Of a DNA stretch of 64,000 nt, positions 1 through 12,500 are shown piece by piece. The translations under genes were made by a program, and so were the position numbers. The stretch is from Octopus sinensis (taxonomy: Eukaryota): positions 52,514,001 to 52,578,000 of the forward strand of contig NC_043000.1 of the NCBI RefSeq assembly GCF_006345805.1. Direction: 5' to 3'. Below the pieces are notes generated by a model. The model worked only from the letters and a program-made list of their open reading frames with translations, was not told the origin of the DNA and did no database searches. Each line of letters starts with the position of its first letter. Position 1 is the first letter of the stretch.

Positions 1-66
1 TACGACTCTGCCATCTCTCCGCCTTAGTAATAGTAGTAGTAGTAGTAGTAGAAATACCTAAAATGT

Positions 67-229
67 TGAGGGGAGGGGACTAGTTGATTACATCGACCCC
101 GCTGCTTTAATGGGAATTGCTTTATCGACCATGAAAGGATGAAAAATCAAAGTCAGGGGCAGCAGAATTTGAACTCGGAACGAAAAGACGGACGAAATGC
201 TATGCATTTTGCCTGACGCTCTAACAATT
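67..229 (-). mobile_element. Octopus-type SINE family B fragment
   Basis: Its reverse complement matches the motif string recurring in this window (GAATCGTTAGC...GAGTTCAAATT...GTCGATGTAATC), also seen at 14071, 14721, 21661, 27501, 37850 and 51590. Confidence 0.8.
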
Positions 230-1159
230 AATTGATTTGTATAAGATCTTTATATATGAGATCACGTTTTGTTTACAGCATCCACCATATTGTCAGTGAT
301 CATTATATCCTACAAGAAATTCTTCCTCCTTGAAATGTCTTAAAGTGAAATGTCATCGACTATAATAAAAATATTGTTATTGAAAGATTAGATTTAAATG
401 AATGATAGTGATTGAAAACTGAAATTAAGTCTTCTTTCGTTAATAGCTACACTAATATACGACAGTACTTCGTTTTACAATATTGATTGTGTAGTGCGGG
501 GGAGTCTAAGTCACACACTCTCACCATGCTGAAAAAAATCTCTCCCTATTTGAATTCAACTCTTTATGTTTCTCTTAAGTAGGATTGAAAATTTAAGTAT
601 TACTGGAGACAAAGAATTCACTGCCTTTATATTTTCAGTTCAATATGTCAAAGTCATTGTGCAAAATATATCGAGGTATATTGTAAAACGAAAAAATATT
701 TCTGGTTAATTGTTGCATATAGGAATATATATAAATACAAGTTTGTAAATATCAGTATAATAAAAATATCTTATATATCGTGTAATAGCTACAGGTTTAC
801 AATTTAATATGCAATTAAATAATTTTCGCTTTGCAGGGCCTTGTGTATCTTGGATCAATAACTATTACGCTGAATGGAATTTATTTGGAACATCTAAATC
901 AGTGTTGCTTAGTCTAGAGCATGATAATAGTCTCAAGGGACGTAGTAGTCAAAAGTTGGCAATTAAATATAACATATTTCAAAGAAACATTAATTGAAAA
1001 TATTTCTGAATATCTACATCATTTATCCATTTAGGGTGGGGTTGCACTTTGTTTTTGGGAAATAATAAACTAAATCACTTTTGGTAAAAGGTAAGCATAC
1101 ATGGAGAGTGTAAGCTGTCCTTATCATCAACACTAACATATATACATCCTGGCAAACAT

Positions 1160-1338
1160 TCTTATGTATATATACATATCAATATGCACAAAAGTGCATA
1201 TGCACAAAAGTTCAAACACATTATATATATATATATATATATTTAAATATGTGTGTGTGTGTTTGTTTGGGCGCGTGTGTGTAAACATCCATTCAAATAT
1301 ATATACAGGCATACATACATATCTATGTATATACATAT

Positions 1339-1389
<51 letters not shown>

Positions 1390-1547
1390 ATATATATACA
1401 TGTATATATATATACGTACACATATATAAAAATATACATATGTATATATACATATATATTTATATATATGTATACATATACATATATATGTATGTATATA
1501 TGTACATATATTTATACGTATATTTATACATACATACATACACACAA

Positions 1548-1590
<43 letters not shown>

Positions 1591-1636
1591 TATACAGAAA
1601 TATATGGATAGAGAGATAGATAGACAGACAGACAGA
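1160..1636. repeat. Compound microsatellite (TA)n/(CA)n/(TATG)n/(GACA)n
   Basis: Read directly. It explains the YI/IY-repeat ORFs at 1133-1705. Confidence 0.95.
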
Positions 1637-2822
1637 CGTGAGAATGGATTCAGAGAATCGATCGGAATCCATCGTAAGCATACAGCTCCAGTATTTGGTT
1701 ACCATGTCTCACGGTTAAATTCTAAAGAAATTAACTGGTACTTGTACCAACGATCTAACGTATGCAGGCAAATATATCGGTTGTGGTGTGTATTAAATGC
1801 AAAAAGGTGAGTTAAGGAAGAAAGAGGTGAATAATTTCCAAGCATGTTACATCTGTTTCATAATCCACACGGTATAATTTACTGTAACCTCTACCATATT
1901 ATTGATCCATCCATCCAACCATCCAGCCAGCCAGCAAGCCAGCCATACACACATACATACTTACGTATATACATATTATTGGAGGCCCTGAGATATGTAA
2001 CACGTTGCCTAAATAACAATCTTGAGAAGTTAGGCTTCTCAAAACCAGAAAGGAGAAAACTAATTCGAAGACTACAGATCGAATCTATCACTGGAACTGT
2101 AAAACTGTATAACTTTCCAGAACTTTATCATTTAAATATGTATGAGCATGTTTAGATATGTAATTATATGCATGAAAATACATACATAAAACATACAAAA
2201 CTGCACATGCATACATACATACATACATACAAAAATACTCTCTTGTTGATACTGAAATGCCAATGAAAGAACCTTGAATGTAGGTTAGAAAACGGTTCTT
2301 TCTCTGTTGGTAAGAAGTGTTGAAATAAACTGAATAATGACATACATACGTACACATTTTTAAAGCATCATTGGAAAAGTTTTCAAGAATATCTGATTCA
2401 TTCCATGCGCATATTCTATCTTTCGCGAATCTATTGTTGATGAATATTGTAAAATGAAGACATATTTCAAGTTTAAAATGTGTGTATATGAACTCATATA
2501 AATACAATTTTGTAAATATCAATCTTGTGAAAATGCATTCATCTGTTTATTTGTGTGTCGGTTTATACTACGTATAAGCTGCATATACTAATACTTAGCT
2601 TCTAATTCCGAGAGAATTACGAACTATTAATAGTCATGAAAGTTACAGTTAGTGCATAATATATTGTGTCTAAGCACAATTTGATCTGAAAAATATTATT
2701 CTGACCAGAAAGAAAATAACTTTTAGATAATATTAAGTTAATGAGTACGAGTCTGGAGTTTAGTGTCGTTGCTTTCCTCCAGGTCAGATCTGGTGTAACA
2801 GAAATATGGTAAAAATAATTCT

Positions 2823-4065
2823 AATTATTTCTTCCTGTCGTTCGTCAGGTGTATTATCCAATATCGTGTTTGCAACTAAGATAGGAGCTGACTTGTGGTG
2901 CACTTGAATAGGTACTATGACTAGTAGCTAACGCTATCATGTAAAAACACCTGTTAGCGTATTTGTTTCATAGTGTGTACTTATACGCAAATATGTAGTA
3001 GGGATGTCATTATCTATATTATCTTCAACAAGTCAGTTTTTAAAAAAACATTTTACTTCATGTATGTACATTGGGAATGAAAACTGATGCGGTAATAACG
3101 TTTCAAAATAATATGAATTAATTGTTTCAATTTCAAAAATAGCAAATTCTTGTGAAGTTTAATTTTAGTTTCGATGGTAAATCTAACGTGGGAGGACAAT
3201 TGCTTATTTGCAGTTAATGTAACAAATCGTCGTTTCTTGGCTTATGACATTAACAACTTACAGAGCGTTTGCACATTGTGACGCCATATATTTCTCTACC
3301 CAATGCGTTGATCTTTTTACCAACAGAAATGAAGACAATAATATTTTAATATATATGTCATAGTGATGGCACAGCTTACATTGTCAAAAGGCAGTATTAC
3401 AGTATTTTGTTCCATGCTTCCGAGTTTAGAATATAAATTTAAAATGAAATATATCTAATTTTAATATATTTGAGTTTACATTTCATCTGATTCAATTATT
3501 CCCGTCGTTCGTCAGGTGTATTATCCGATGTCGTGTTTGGAACTAAGATAGAACCTGATATATGGTGCACTTGAATAGGTTCTACTTCTAGTAGTTAATG
3601 CAACCATGTAAAACACCTGTTAGCTTATTTATTTCATAGTTTGTACTCGTACGCAAACATGTTGTAGGGATGTCATTAACTATATTATTTACAACAGCTC
3701 AGTTTTAAAAACCATTTTACTTCATGTGTATACCTTGGAAATGAAAACTGATGCAACTTTGCAAAATAGTATGAATTAATAGCTTCAATTTCACAAAATA
3801 AATTTTTGTAAACATTAATTTTAGCTTCGATGCCCATTGCGACGCTATATATTTCCCTACCCAACGCGTCGATGTTTGTACCAACAGAAATCAAAGCAAT
3901 AATATTTTGATATACATGCTATAGTGATGCTACAGTTAACATTGTCAAAGTGAAATATTTCAGTATTTTGTTTCATATTTCTCAGTTTAGAAAATAAATT
4001 TAAAATGAAATATATTTCATTTTAATACATTTTTTTGTATATATGTTTCATCTGATTCGATTATT
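2823..4065. repeat. Diverged tandem direct duplication (unit 1 ~2823-3493, unit 2 ~3494-4065)
   Basis: Both units start AATTATT..GTCGTTCGTCAGGTGTATTATCC and end TTTCATCTGATTC(A/G)ATTATT. They are colinear, roughly 80% identical by eye, and unit 1 has an extra ~100 bp near 3175-3275. Confidence 0.85.
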
Positions 4066-6338
4066 CTGTAATAGTTGTTAATAAGTTCAATACCCTTTTC
4101 ATATTTACCATTCCTTGTTAAATATTATTTGGAATGGATTCTGTCAAACTCGAACCTGTCAAAACCTTTTTTTTTCTACGGTGGGGAACAATAAAGATAT
4201 TTCAGCAGCAGAAGAAATGTCTGAAAATATTTTGTTTCAGCTCGTTACATTTTGAAATTTGACGCTGGCATACACCCGTTCAAATTTCATGTCTTCGATA
4301 TTTAAAGATATATAGTAGTATACTGGAAAAGAATAAGATTTATTACATACATACAAAGTATTAATCTTGAGACGAAAATAATGAATTAATACCATTTTGA
4401 CTTCGAGAAACAGTATATGTAAGAAACTGAAATACTTAACTCCAAGAAACTGATACTAGTCAGAGAATGATGAGTACCACAACCTGAATTGAATTTAGAG
4501 GAGGAACGGTATCCCATGTCTATAAAATAACATTGTTATAAAACAAAACTGATTTGCTTTACATGACAAATTTGATATTAAATTCCATTTTTGCTTTAGC
4601 ATTGCAATAAACCCTGTTAAAATCAATATATTCTGGTGATTGAAAAAGATATCAAAGAAAAAAAATGAAAGAAATTCATTTGGCTAAAAGCCACGATCAA
4701 TAGAGCTATGTTTGAATCGTAACTTCAGTGCTAATAGTTATATAGGCAATGAAGATACGAAATATACACTATCATTTCATAAAATAAAATTAAGCTCAAA
4801 ATTGACATTCAGACTTGTTATAAGGAGATGGAAAGTGATGAAATTATACATAAAAGGCGGCATTTTGATATTTCCTCCGTCAGTTATGCAATGTACGTAA
4901 AGTTTTCACTTTCTTTTCTTATCAAGAAAATAGTGTTTTTGATCGCAATAATATTTTTTCTGGTAAACATCAAGATATATTGTATAATTCATTTCATATA
5001 ACTCTTACACAGTATTGAAGAGAACAGCTGTTTATTGTGGTCAGAATAATCATACTAACAGGGTATAACGCTAAATGAATATCATAACTGAATGATCGAA
5101 ATAAAAATCATTTAGACTTGGAATGAAATACAAGATATAGATGTAAGAATGTTAGGTTGCTAAAAAATGATGTCAATTTAGATAACTTTAATTTTGTCTA
5201 AACAATGTATTGAAAATATAAAAAAATATAAATGATTTAACTCTAATCAAAAACCAGTGCTATATTCAGTACCTTCGATTATTAAAATACTGCGTATTAG
5301 CTTATACAAAATAGTTTATTGCTTCTAGCATGGGTAGATTAAAGTGCGTAATATAACAAGTGAATGTATGTGCATGCATTGCAAAATAAAGAGTAGAGTT
5401 ATACATATCGGTACATGAACGTTGGAAAGGACCAACTATTTCTATTGAGAAATTGTTAGGATATGTAAATGTTCCTGAAATTTTTTCTTTTAAGCTCTCA
5501 GAAAAGTGTACGTGTATTGTTTACTTACAAGTACTGCATAGAAATTAGAAAAATGATTCAGATGGAAAAAAGATATACACTCAGCTTCGGGTTTGACAAC
5601 AATTACCTTGTAAAACAGCTGATGGTAAAAATTCTTAGATTCTGTATATTTTGTGTTATATTTTCAAGAAGCTCAAATTAAATTCATTTCGGTATTAATT
5701 TTATTTTGATACAATCGACTTTCCTAATCATACTGAAGATTGTCAGCAGATTTTGAAAACAGTGTATCGAAAATATAGTCAATAAGTGTGAATATATTAC
5801 ATTCAATTGTTAATAAATCCGGGCACAGAGGATTAGTTCAAGCAACGGCGGTTGCATGGCCAGTGGTAAGGCGGAAGGTAAGACTTTGCAAGGCTGGGAA
5901 CAGGGCCAGGGGAAAGGTAGAGTAAGGAAGGGCAAGACCGGGTAAGGCAGGGTAAGACTAGGAACGGCTCCCACTACTTCTATCTAAAAGTTCAGAAGAC
6001 AATAGTTAAATGTGGATATTTTCCCCCGAACAATATATTCCGTTTAGCAATATTGTATAGAAGCAAATACAATATGCGAGGAAAAAAGCGATTAATACAC
6101 ACAGTTAATCGTAGTTTCCGCTCATTCTTTCATGTTAGATTATTCGAGACAAATTTTACTTCGTTAAAATTAAAGGTATGCAGTGTATAAGTTCATGTAA
6201 TGTAGCATGCTATCTATGGCGGAAAGGAAATATTCGATACGCCCGTATACCCGTATAACTAATGCGCTCACTCAAACGCATGCGCACACGTATATATAAA
6301 CTCGACTAATACTTTTTTTCTGAAGCAATATATATATA

Positions 6339-7328
6339 TTGGGTTGGCAACTAAGTTCCTGCTGTTTTTTTAAATTTTGGAATTTATTGCGTTTTGGAAT
6401 TTCAGAATCTATTTTGTTTTTTTTCTAGTTAATTTTAGGTTATTTTTGTTTATTTTCGGATCATTAAAATGGAACGTCAAGTTAAGAAAAACGAGCATTT
6501 TTACACCTCATTCCTTTTGCTTTTATTCAAGGTTCTAAGGCTGCAAAAGCTGCTCGCGATATTTGTGCTGTGTCTGGAGAGGCTGCTATAGCTGAAAGAA
6601 CCGCTTCTCATTGGTATGCCAAGTTCAAAAATGGAAATTTTGACCTCAAAGGCGCACCTCATTCTGGCCCTCCAGTTGAGTTTGATGAAGAGCGTTTAAG
6701 CCAGTTTTTACACGAAATTTCCATCAAACGACAATGTAACTGGCAGAGAAAATAGAATACTCCCACACTGCTAAAGAGAAGCATCTTCACTCGATGGGAA
6801 AGGTTCAGAAGTATGGGGCATGAGTTCCGCATGCTTAAGTGACAACAAAAATCAAAGAGCCACAATCTCTGCCGGTTTGCTTGCTCGTTACCACTCAATC
6901 ATGGACACACCCAACGATTTCTTTACCGAATCGTTACTGGTGACGAAAAATGGTGCCTATACATCAATATGAAGCAGCGTAAGGAATGGCTTAGCCCCGG
7001 TAAACAAGCGACGCAGCGCGTAAAACTATGTTGTGCGTATGGTGGTACTGGGAAGGGATTATCCAGTATGGATTGCTTGAACGGAACCAAACGGTCAACG
7101 CGGAACTCGATACTGATGCAGAATTGAGAGCTTGGTTGGATCAAGTTTTCGAGTCGAAATCGGTGATTTCTACCAATGAGGTATTGAAAATCTTGTTGAA
7201 CGTTGGGAAGAATTTGCAAACAAGAGTGAATACATTGATTAATTAGCTGTTATTCTTTATTAGACCTTTTTAAAATTTAAAATTTAGAAAAACGGCGGCA
7301 ACTAAGAGAGACTTAGTTGCCAACCTAG
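6339..7328 (+). mobile_element. Internally deleted mariner DNA transposon
   Basis: TIRs are TTGGGTTGGCAACTAAGT (6339) and ACTTAGTTGCCAACCTAG (to 7328). TA target duplications at 6337-38 and 7329-30. Transposase remnant inside. Confidence 0.95.
6469..7242 (+). pseudogene. Mariner transposase pseudogene (frameshifts, internal deletion)
   Basis: Translates to MERQVKKNEH..., WYAKFKNGNFDLKGAPHSGPPVEFDEERL (HTH region), GA*VPHA (WVPHxL motif), RIVTGDEKWCLYIN (first catalytic Asp), MLCVWWYWEGIIQY and TVNAEL. It then jumps to DTDAELRAWLDQ...EYID*. Confidence 0.95.
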
Positions 7329-7365
7329 TACACACACACATACCCCCCCCCCTTATATATATATA

Positions 7366-7410
<45 letters not shown>

Positions 7411-7444
7411 TAAATTTGTTAAAAATGATAACTAACACCGAGCA

Positions 7445-8735
7445 AGACATCTCAAGTCATATATGTTATCCTTATTAAAAATTATTAAGCAATTTTAAAG
7501 TCTTACAGCTTTTTCTGAGATTTCCGCAAAATATTTGGAATATCCCATCATCAGAGACAGATGGTGAGAAAGCGAAATGGTATATATTACGGATACGATG
7601 CAGTAAAGATCTGGAGAAATAAGGAAACAGAGAGATTTAGAAGAAAGAGAACAGGTAAAAAATATATAAAAGTTCACAGTTTAAGTTACCGATAGTGCAG
7701 GTGCTAATCCATGAATCTTTAGGTACAATCTAATTTGATCGAGGTAAAGTAATATTCCTCATATTGTAGATATCAAAGAAAAATATTTCTATGTCGATGG
7801 CTCATAATAGAATGATAGTGTAAGATAGTAGAAATTGACTATTGAGAGCAAAGAGAGAAGTAAGTAGTAAGAGAGAGAGCCAGATGTTTCGTAATAGAGC
7901 GATAGAGGCTAGTGATGTTAAAAGAGAAAGGAAAGTGATAAATAGAGAAGATAGCCAGATTTATATGGGGAGTAGTAGTGGACATGGCATTACCGAAGCA
8001 TATAAAAATATATAAATATATTGAACAATATAAACAAAAAGATAGAGATAAATAAAGTAATAAAGGTAAAAAAAAGTTTAAAAAATACAAGATAAAGCAA
8101 AGTAACATAAATACGTAAATAATATAGATGAAATGGATTCAGAGAGACAGTGGACGCTGCTTTTGTTCTTCGCGTTATAGGGGTGGGGCAGGAAGTGTAA
8201 GCGTCTGTTTTGTGGCCAAGGTTAGTGGCCACAAATATAATCCTAGCTAGCGGGGTATGTGTGATGGAAAGGGGGAATGTGTATTTAAAAAGCCAGTTAA
8301 ATATTAAAATTATTTTGTAATAAAAATTAGGGGATCTGTGAGGTTAAGTTTTAAAAATAAAATAAAGAATTAATAGTTAAGCATAAAGGAATTACCAGTT
8401 GTTAACTAAGGTACTAAGAATGATAAAGAAGAAATATAGAAGATGAAGAAGCTATATAGAGAAGATATACAATGGGGTGTGACTATGGCCATGGAGGTAA
8501 ATAGTTAGGGAGAATTTAAAAGTGCAGAAGAATCTGTGTTTGCATGTATTGAAGGCTTCACTGTGTTAGTTGAGAAAATGCGGTGAGTTGTGAGTTAGAA
8601 CTTTAAGGGACTCTTTTAGGCATAATGCACAAGTGGAGCGCTGGCATTGATATGGGATGACAGAATCAATTATAGTCCAGGATAACCTATATTGTATTTT
8701 CCTAGCAAATAGATGGTGAACGTAACTGGCTAGAG
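7445..8735 (-). mobile_element. Penelope-like element 3' fragment (GIY-YIG C-terminus, CT-rich tail, hammerhead)
   Basis: Minus strand 8679-8516 reads WTIIDSVIPYQCQRSTCALCLKESLKVLTHNSPHFLN*HSEAFNTCKHRFF, like the PLE endonuclease C-terminus (W.I...PY...C.LC..E...LN..E....C.H). A pyrimidine-rich tail and an HHR follow. Confidence 0.75.
7500..7558 (-). ncRNA. Type I hammerhead ribozyme motif
   Basis: Minus strand: GUCU-CUGAUGA-UGGGAU(A)UUCC..GGAA AUCUCA-GAA-AAAGCUGU-A-AGAC. Stem I is 4 bp, stem II is extended and the core is intact. Stem III is one mismatch from the palindrome ACAGCUGU. Cleavage triplet GUA. Confidence 0.75.
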
Positions 8736-8839
8736 ATTATTGAGTTCTAACGTAATGTTATTTGTATCGCTATGTCTACGCGAAAGCACAATTTTAAAAT
8801 CTATCTATATATATATGTGTGTGTGTATGTGCGTGTGCG

Positions 8840-9055
8840 TGTGTGGTAATCAGCTTGCTTCACAACCACATGGTTCTGGATTCAGTCCCACAGCGTGCAA
8901 CTTAGGTAAGTATCTTCTACTATAGCCTCGGGTCGACCAAAGCCTTGTGAGTGGATTTTGGTGACAGAAACTGAAAGAAGCCTGTCGTACATATATACAT
9001 ACATCCATCCATCCATACATACATACATACATACATACATACATACATACATACA

Positions 9056-9131
<76 letters not shown>

Positions 9132-9204
9132 TGGGAGAATTCCCAAATAATCAAAAGACGAAGACAGGTGGTATAGACAACAAACAGATGTATTAGTATA
9201 TATA

Positions 9205-9282
<78 letters not shown>

Positions 9283-9505
9283 GTAGATATATCTATGTGT
9301 GTGTCTCTCCGTTTGTTCCTCCCGTGATTGCGCTTGATAATGGGCATCGGTGTTGTTGCGTCCCGTAACTTAGCGTTTCAGCCAAAGAGAACGATAGTAT
9401 AGGTATCAAGCTTAACAAATAAGCCCTGGGGTCAATTCGCTCGATTAAAAATTCAAGGTGGCGCCCCAGCAAGGTCGCAGTACAATGAGTGAAACAAGCA
9501 AAAAT
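8840..9505 (+). mobile_element. tRNA-derived CORE-like Octopus SINE family A, interrupted by microsatellites
   Basis: The head (GTGTGGTAA..TTCAGTCCCAC..CTTCTACTATAGCCTCGGGTCGACCAAAGCCTTGTGAGTGGATT) spans 8840-8990 and the 3' part ~9295-9505. They are separated by (CATA)n/(TA)n and a PLE-repeat fragment at ~9133-9197. Confidence 0.85.
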
Positions 9506-12500
9506 TTACGATATATGTATAAACATCGTTTACTGTATACAGTATATATTTACGAGCTACTAATAGTATCATACATTAGAGACGCAGTCTAGGCAAGTTT
9601 TTTTTCTCCAACACGCCTCGTGTCTCCAAGTAATTCACAGATATTGTGCACATGGCCTATACTGGTTACAAATCAATACGATAGTACAAGAGAAATTACA
9701 AGAAAAAGATGAGAGGATGTTGGATGCACAAAAGAAAAAGAAAAAGAAAAACGGAAAAGAGAGAATTAGATGTATGTCGCCTTTTACCGTAAAACTTTAA
9801 TAAGACTAGTATTGAATCATCGGAGAGGAGTGTAATGTCTGCAATACAATTGCTAAATCAGTAGAAGGTGAGGTCCTTGAATTCGCCAAAAGAAATTTGT
9901 CCATGTGTTTACAATATTAAATTTTTCTGATCTGGCATTTATCTGGAATTCTTTGATCCAGAAAGGATATGCAATTTTTCAGTTACACTTAACTTGCATT
10001 TCTTGGACGCATAAACATATGCCATAGGTTATTCCCTAAAATAATGGATATTAAATTGCTTACCATGATCCCGAAATGAATCGCACGGATCAGTATCATT
10101 ATACATTTTAATTAAAATAAATTTGATATTCATATTTCAAATTTTGATTGTTATTTTGTTTGGCCGTTTAAAATGCTTGTTTTAATATCAAATATATTCA
10201 TATAAACAGAGGGAATCTTTGAAAGATTTAGAATCTTATTATTTTACACGTATTTTCATTTTCAGAAAAATAGATGTCATACTGAAACCTGTGTTGTGAA
10301 GCAACTGTATTTTACCTGTGGCATAGCAAATATATTCCATTGATGAATTTCATCAAGTAAATCAGTAATTGGTAGAATGTGGATGAAACCGTTCATAGCT
10401 AGTACTAAACTCACGACATGTAGAATATCCACAGGATGCTTACGTCCATTAAGCCACAGCTAATTGTAACATTGAATCTATGCCATAATTTGTTGCAACA
10501 GTCCACATCCTTCTTTGCCGTATTTTTAGAATTAATTCCATTATCAACAATTAGTTAATTTTGAGAATTCGTCGATGCACTTAACGCTCTTCATCTTCTG
10601 AAATATATTCACGTTGCTGTTCGGGAGGATTTTGCCATGCTGCCCTGCACTGTTGAGTATTTTGAGCCAAGATACATTGTTTCTCTTCTTGGAAATGTTT
10701 CAGCTTGTTTGATTTTCTTACCGTCACTGCATGTTTTATTGTCGAATGTGTAGATTTCTACTGGATTTGAATATGGAACGTTTATATGATCAGTTGTTAG
10801 CTGTGAAAACTGATACTAAATGGACATTTTTTTCTTGTATTTTGTACCTGCAGGGCATAACACTGATAACATTTCGAGGCCTTCTTTATAGAATCATCGT
10901 TTACACAACACGACTGAAATGGTTATTGTTGTGATGTGTATGTAGCGCTTTTGGTGAGAAACATGCATTGGCAATTAATTCGGAAGTGTAGGGATTTAAG
11001 AAAACTGGATGAAACATGGCATTTAACAAATGAGTCATGTGAAGGGGAAATAATTTAATTGGACTTAATGGATTAACAGTAATTGAGATTATGAAATCAA
11101 AGAGATTTAAAGAGCAATAGTGACATTAATAGCGAAAGTAGAGACAATGGAATTCTCTAAAATCTAATTAGTACAATGTTCATAGAAACAAAAGTCAACA
11201 CTATATTCGAAGAGCTAACGATTAAATGCTTCTCTTCACAAGTGCGACACATACTAAAGTGATACGCTATTCTTTAGCGAAATATCTGCAGGTCATTGGG
11301 ATCAATGAGCCTACAGCCATCAGTTCAGTATTCCATTCAAATGGATTGAATAAAGCGACTACATTTAATTTGATGTTTTTCAGCGAAGTAGCATCTCAGT
11401 TAAAACTTGCGCATGTGAAAACAAAGATATTAACTCTTTTCATTCCAATGCACAGATCTTTATTAATAGAAGAAATAGCATTAATCAATAATGTTATCAG
11501 CATTAAAAATAGTACTCCCAGATAACTCTAAGCCTATATAATCTCAGACCAAAGTTGATCGCAATACCCTGTACAAACCTTTGCATAATGTTTAGATATG
11601 CCCAGAATTACTTGTATATTATGGTATAAATGTGTTATATTTATGCATATTTTACGCAGATTTCACTTTGATCAATGGATTTAGAACTGAGATATTTGGA
11701 GAAAGTTTGAAAGATACAGAATCAGATAATTACAAACGATTTTTATTTGTATTTTTATGGTTCTACATCAACTCAGGGATTTTGCAGTTTGTCGTGTCTA
11801 CTAATATACCAACAAGTAAAGGGCTTATATTGTTGTAAAGAACAGCAACCGTAAGTCTCATAAAGCCATAGGATTGGACCTCTGTTTGTAGAGAATATCG
11901 AGGAAGAGCGGAATGATATCTCGAAGGTGCAGATACAAGTAAGTATGCAAAGAAGATCAGTAATCATTACTGCAGCATATCGACTTTCTCAACAGTGATA
12001 TCTCGCCGAGAGGCACCAGTTTAGAGACTCGAAGTTTCTGATCATTTGTCTTATCAGTCCACTAAATCGACAGTACTACGTATTGGTGTTTTGCGTCGTA
12101 GCCGAATGAGATTCCAATAAAAACAAACAATATGTGCAACCCAACAACTACGATCAATCGAGGGAGGGTCTAGTGTGATAGCTGCTCCTATTAAATAAAA
12201 CCATACCATCGTAAAAAGGAAATATATTCATCGTTTACTGTAGACCAAACGACTTGTCTAAAAAAAAACATGACACTATGCTGAGGAATGGGGACATTTT
12301 GATCATAGCTCTATTTGATTAGTTATTAGCTGAAGTAACCTAACAACAGCATAATAATAATCTTTTAATCCTATTATCCTTCACCAAATGAACATGTATA
12401 TCACATTTATATTATTACATATTTTATGTAAAACGTAATATCACTGAGCATATGCAATAATTGATCATTCAAGCAAATGAAGATAGTACCAAAATATAGC

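Noticed and set aside
2842-3515. CTGACGA on the minus strand in both tandem units as hammerhead cores
   Set aside because: No pairable stem I or II and no convincing GAA plus stem III could be built.
8840-8900. SINE heads as tRNA genes
   Set aside because: The tRNA-like A/B boxes continue into SINE core sequence and lack a complete cloverleaf.
11661-11838. SEA-domain-like exon (FGESLKDTESDNYKRF)
   Set aside because: The frame closes before the next strong donor and the similarity is a few residues only. Covered under the low-confidence island finding.
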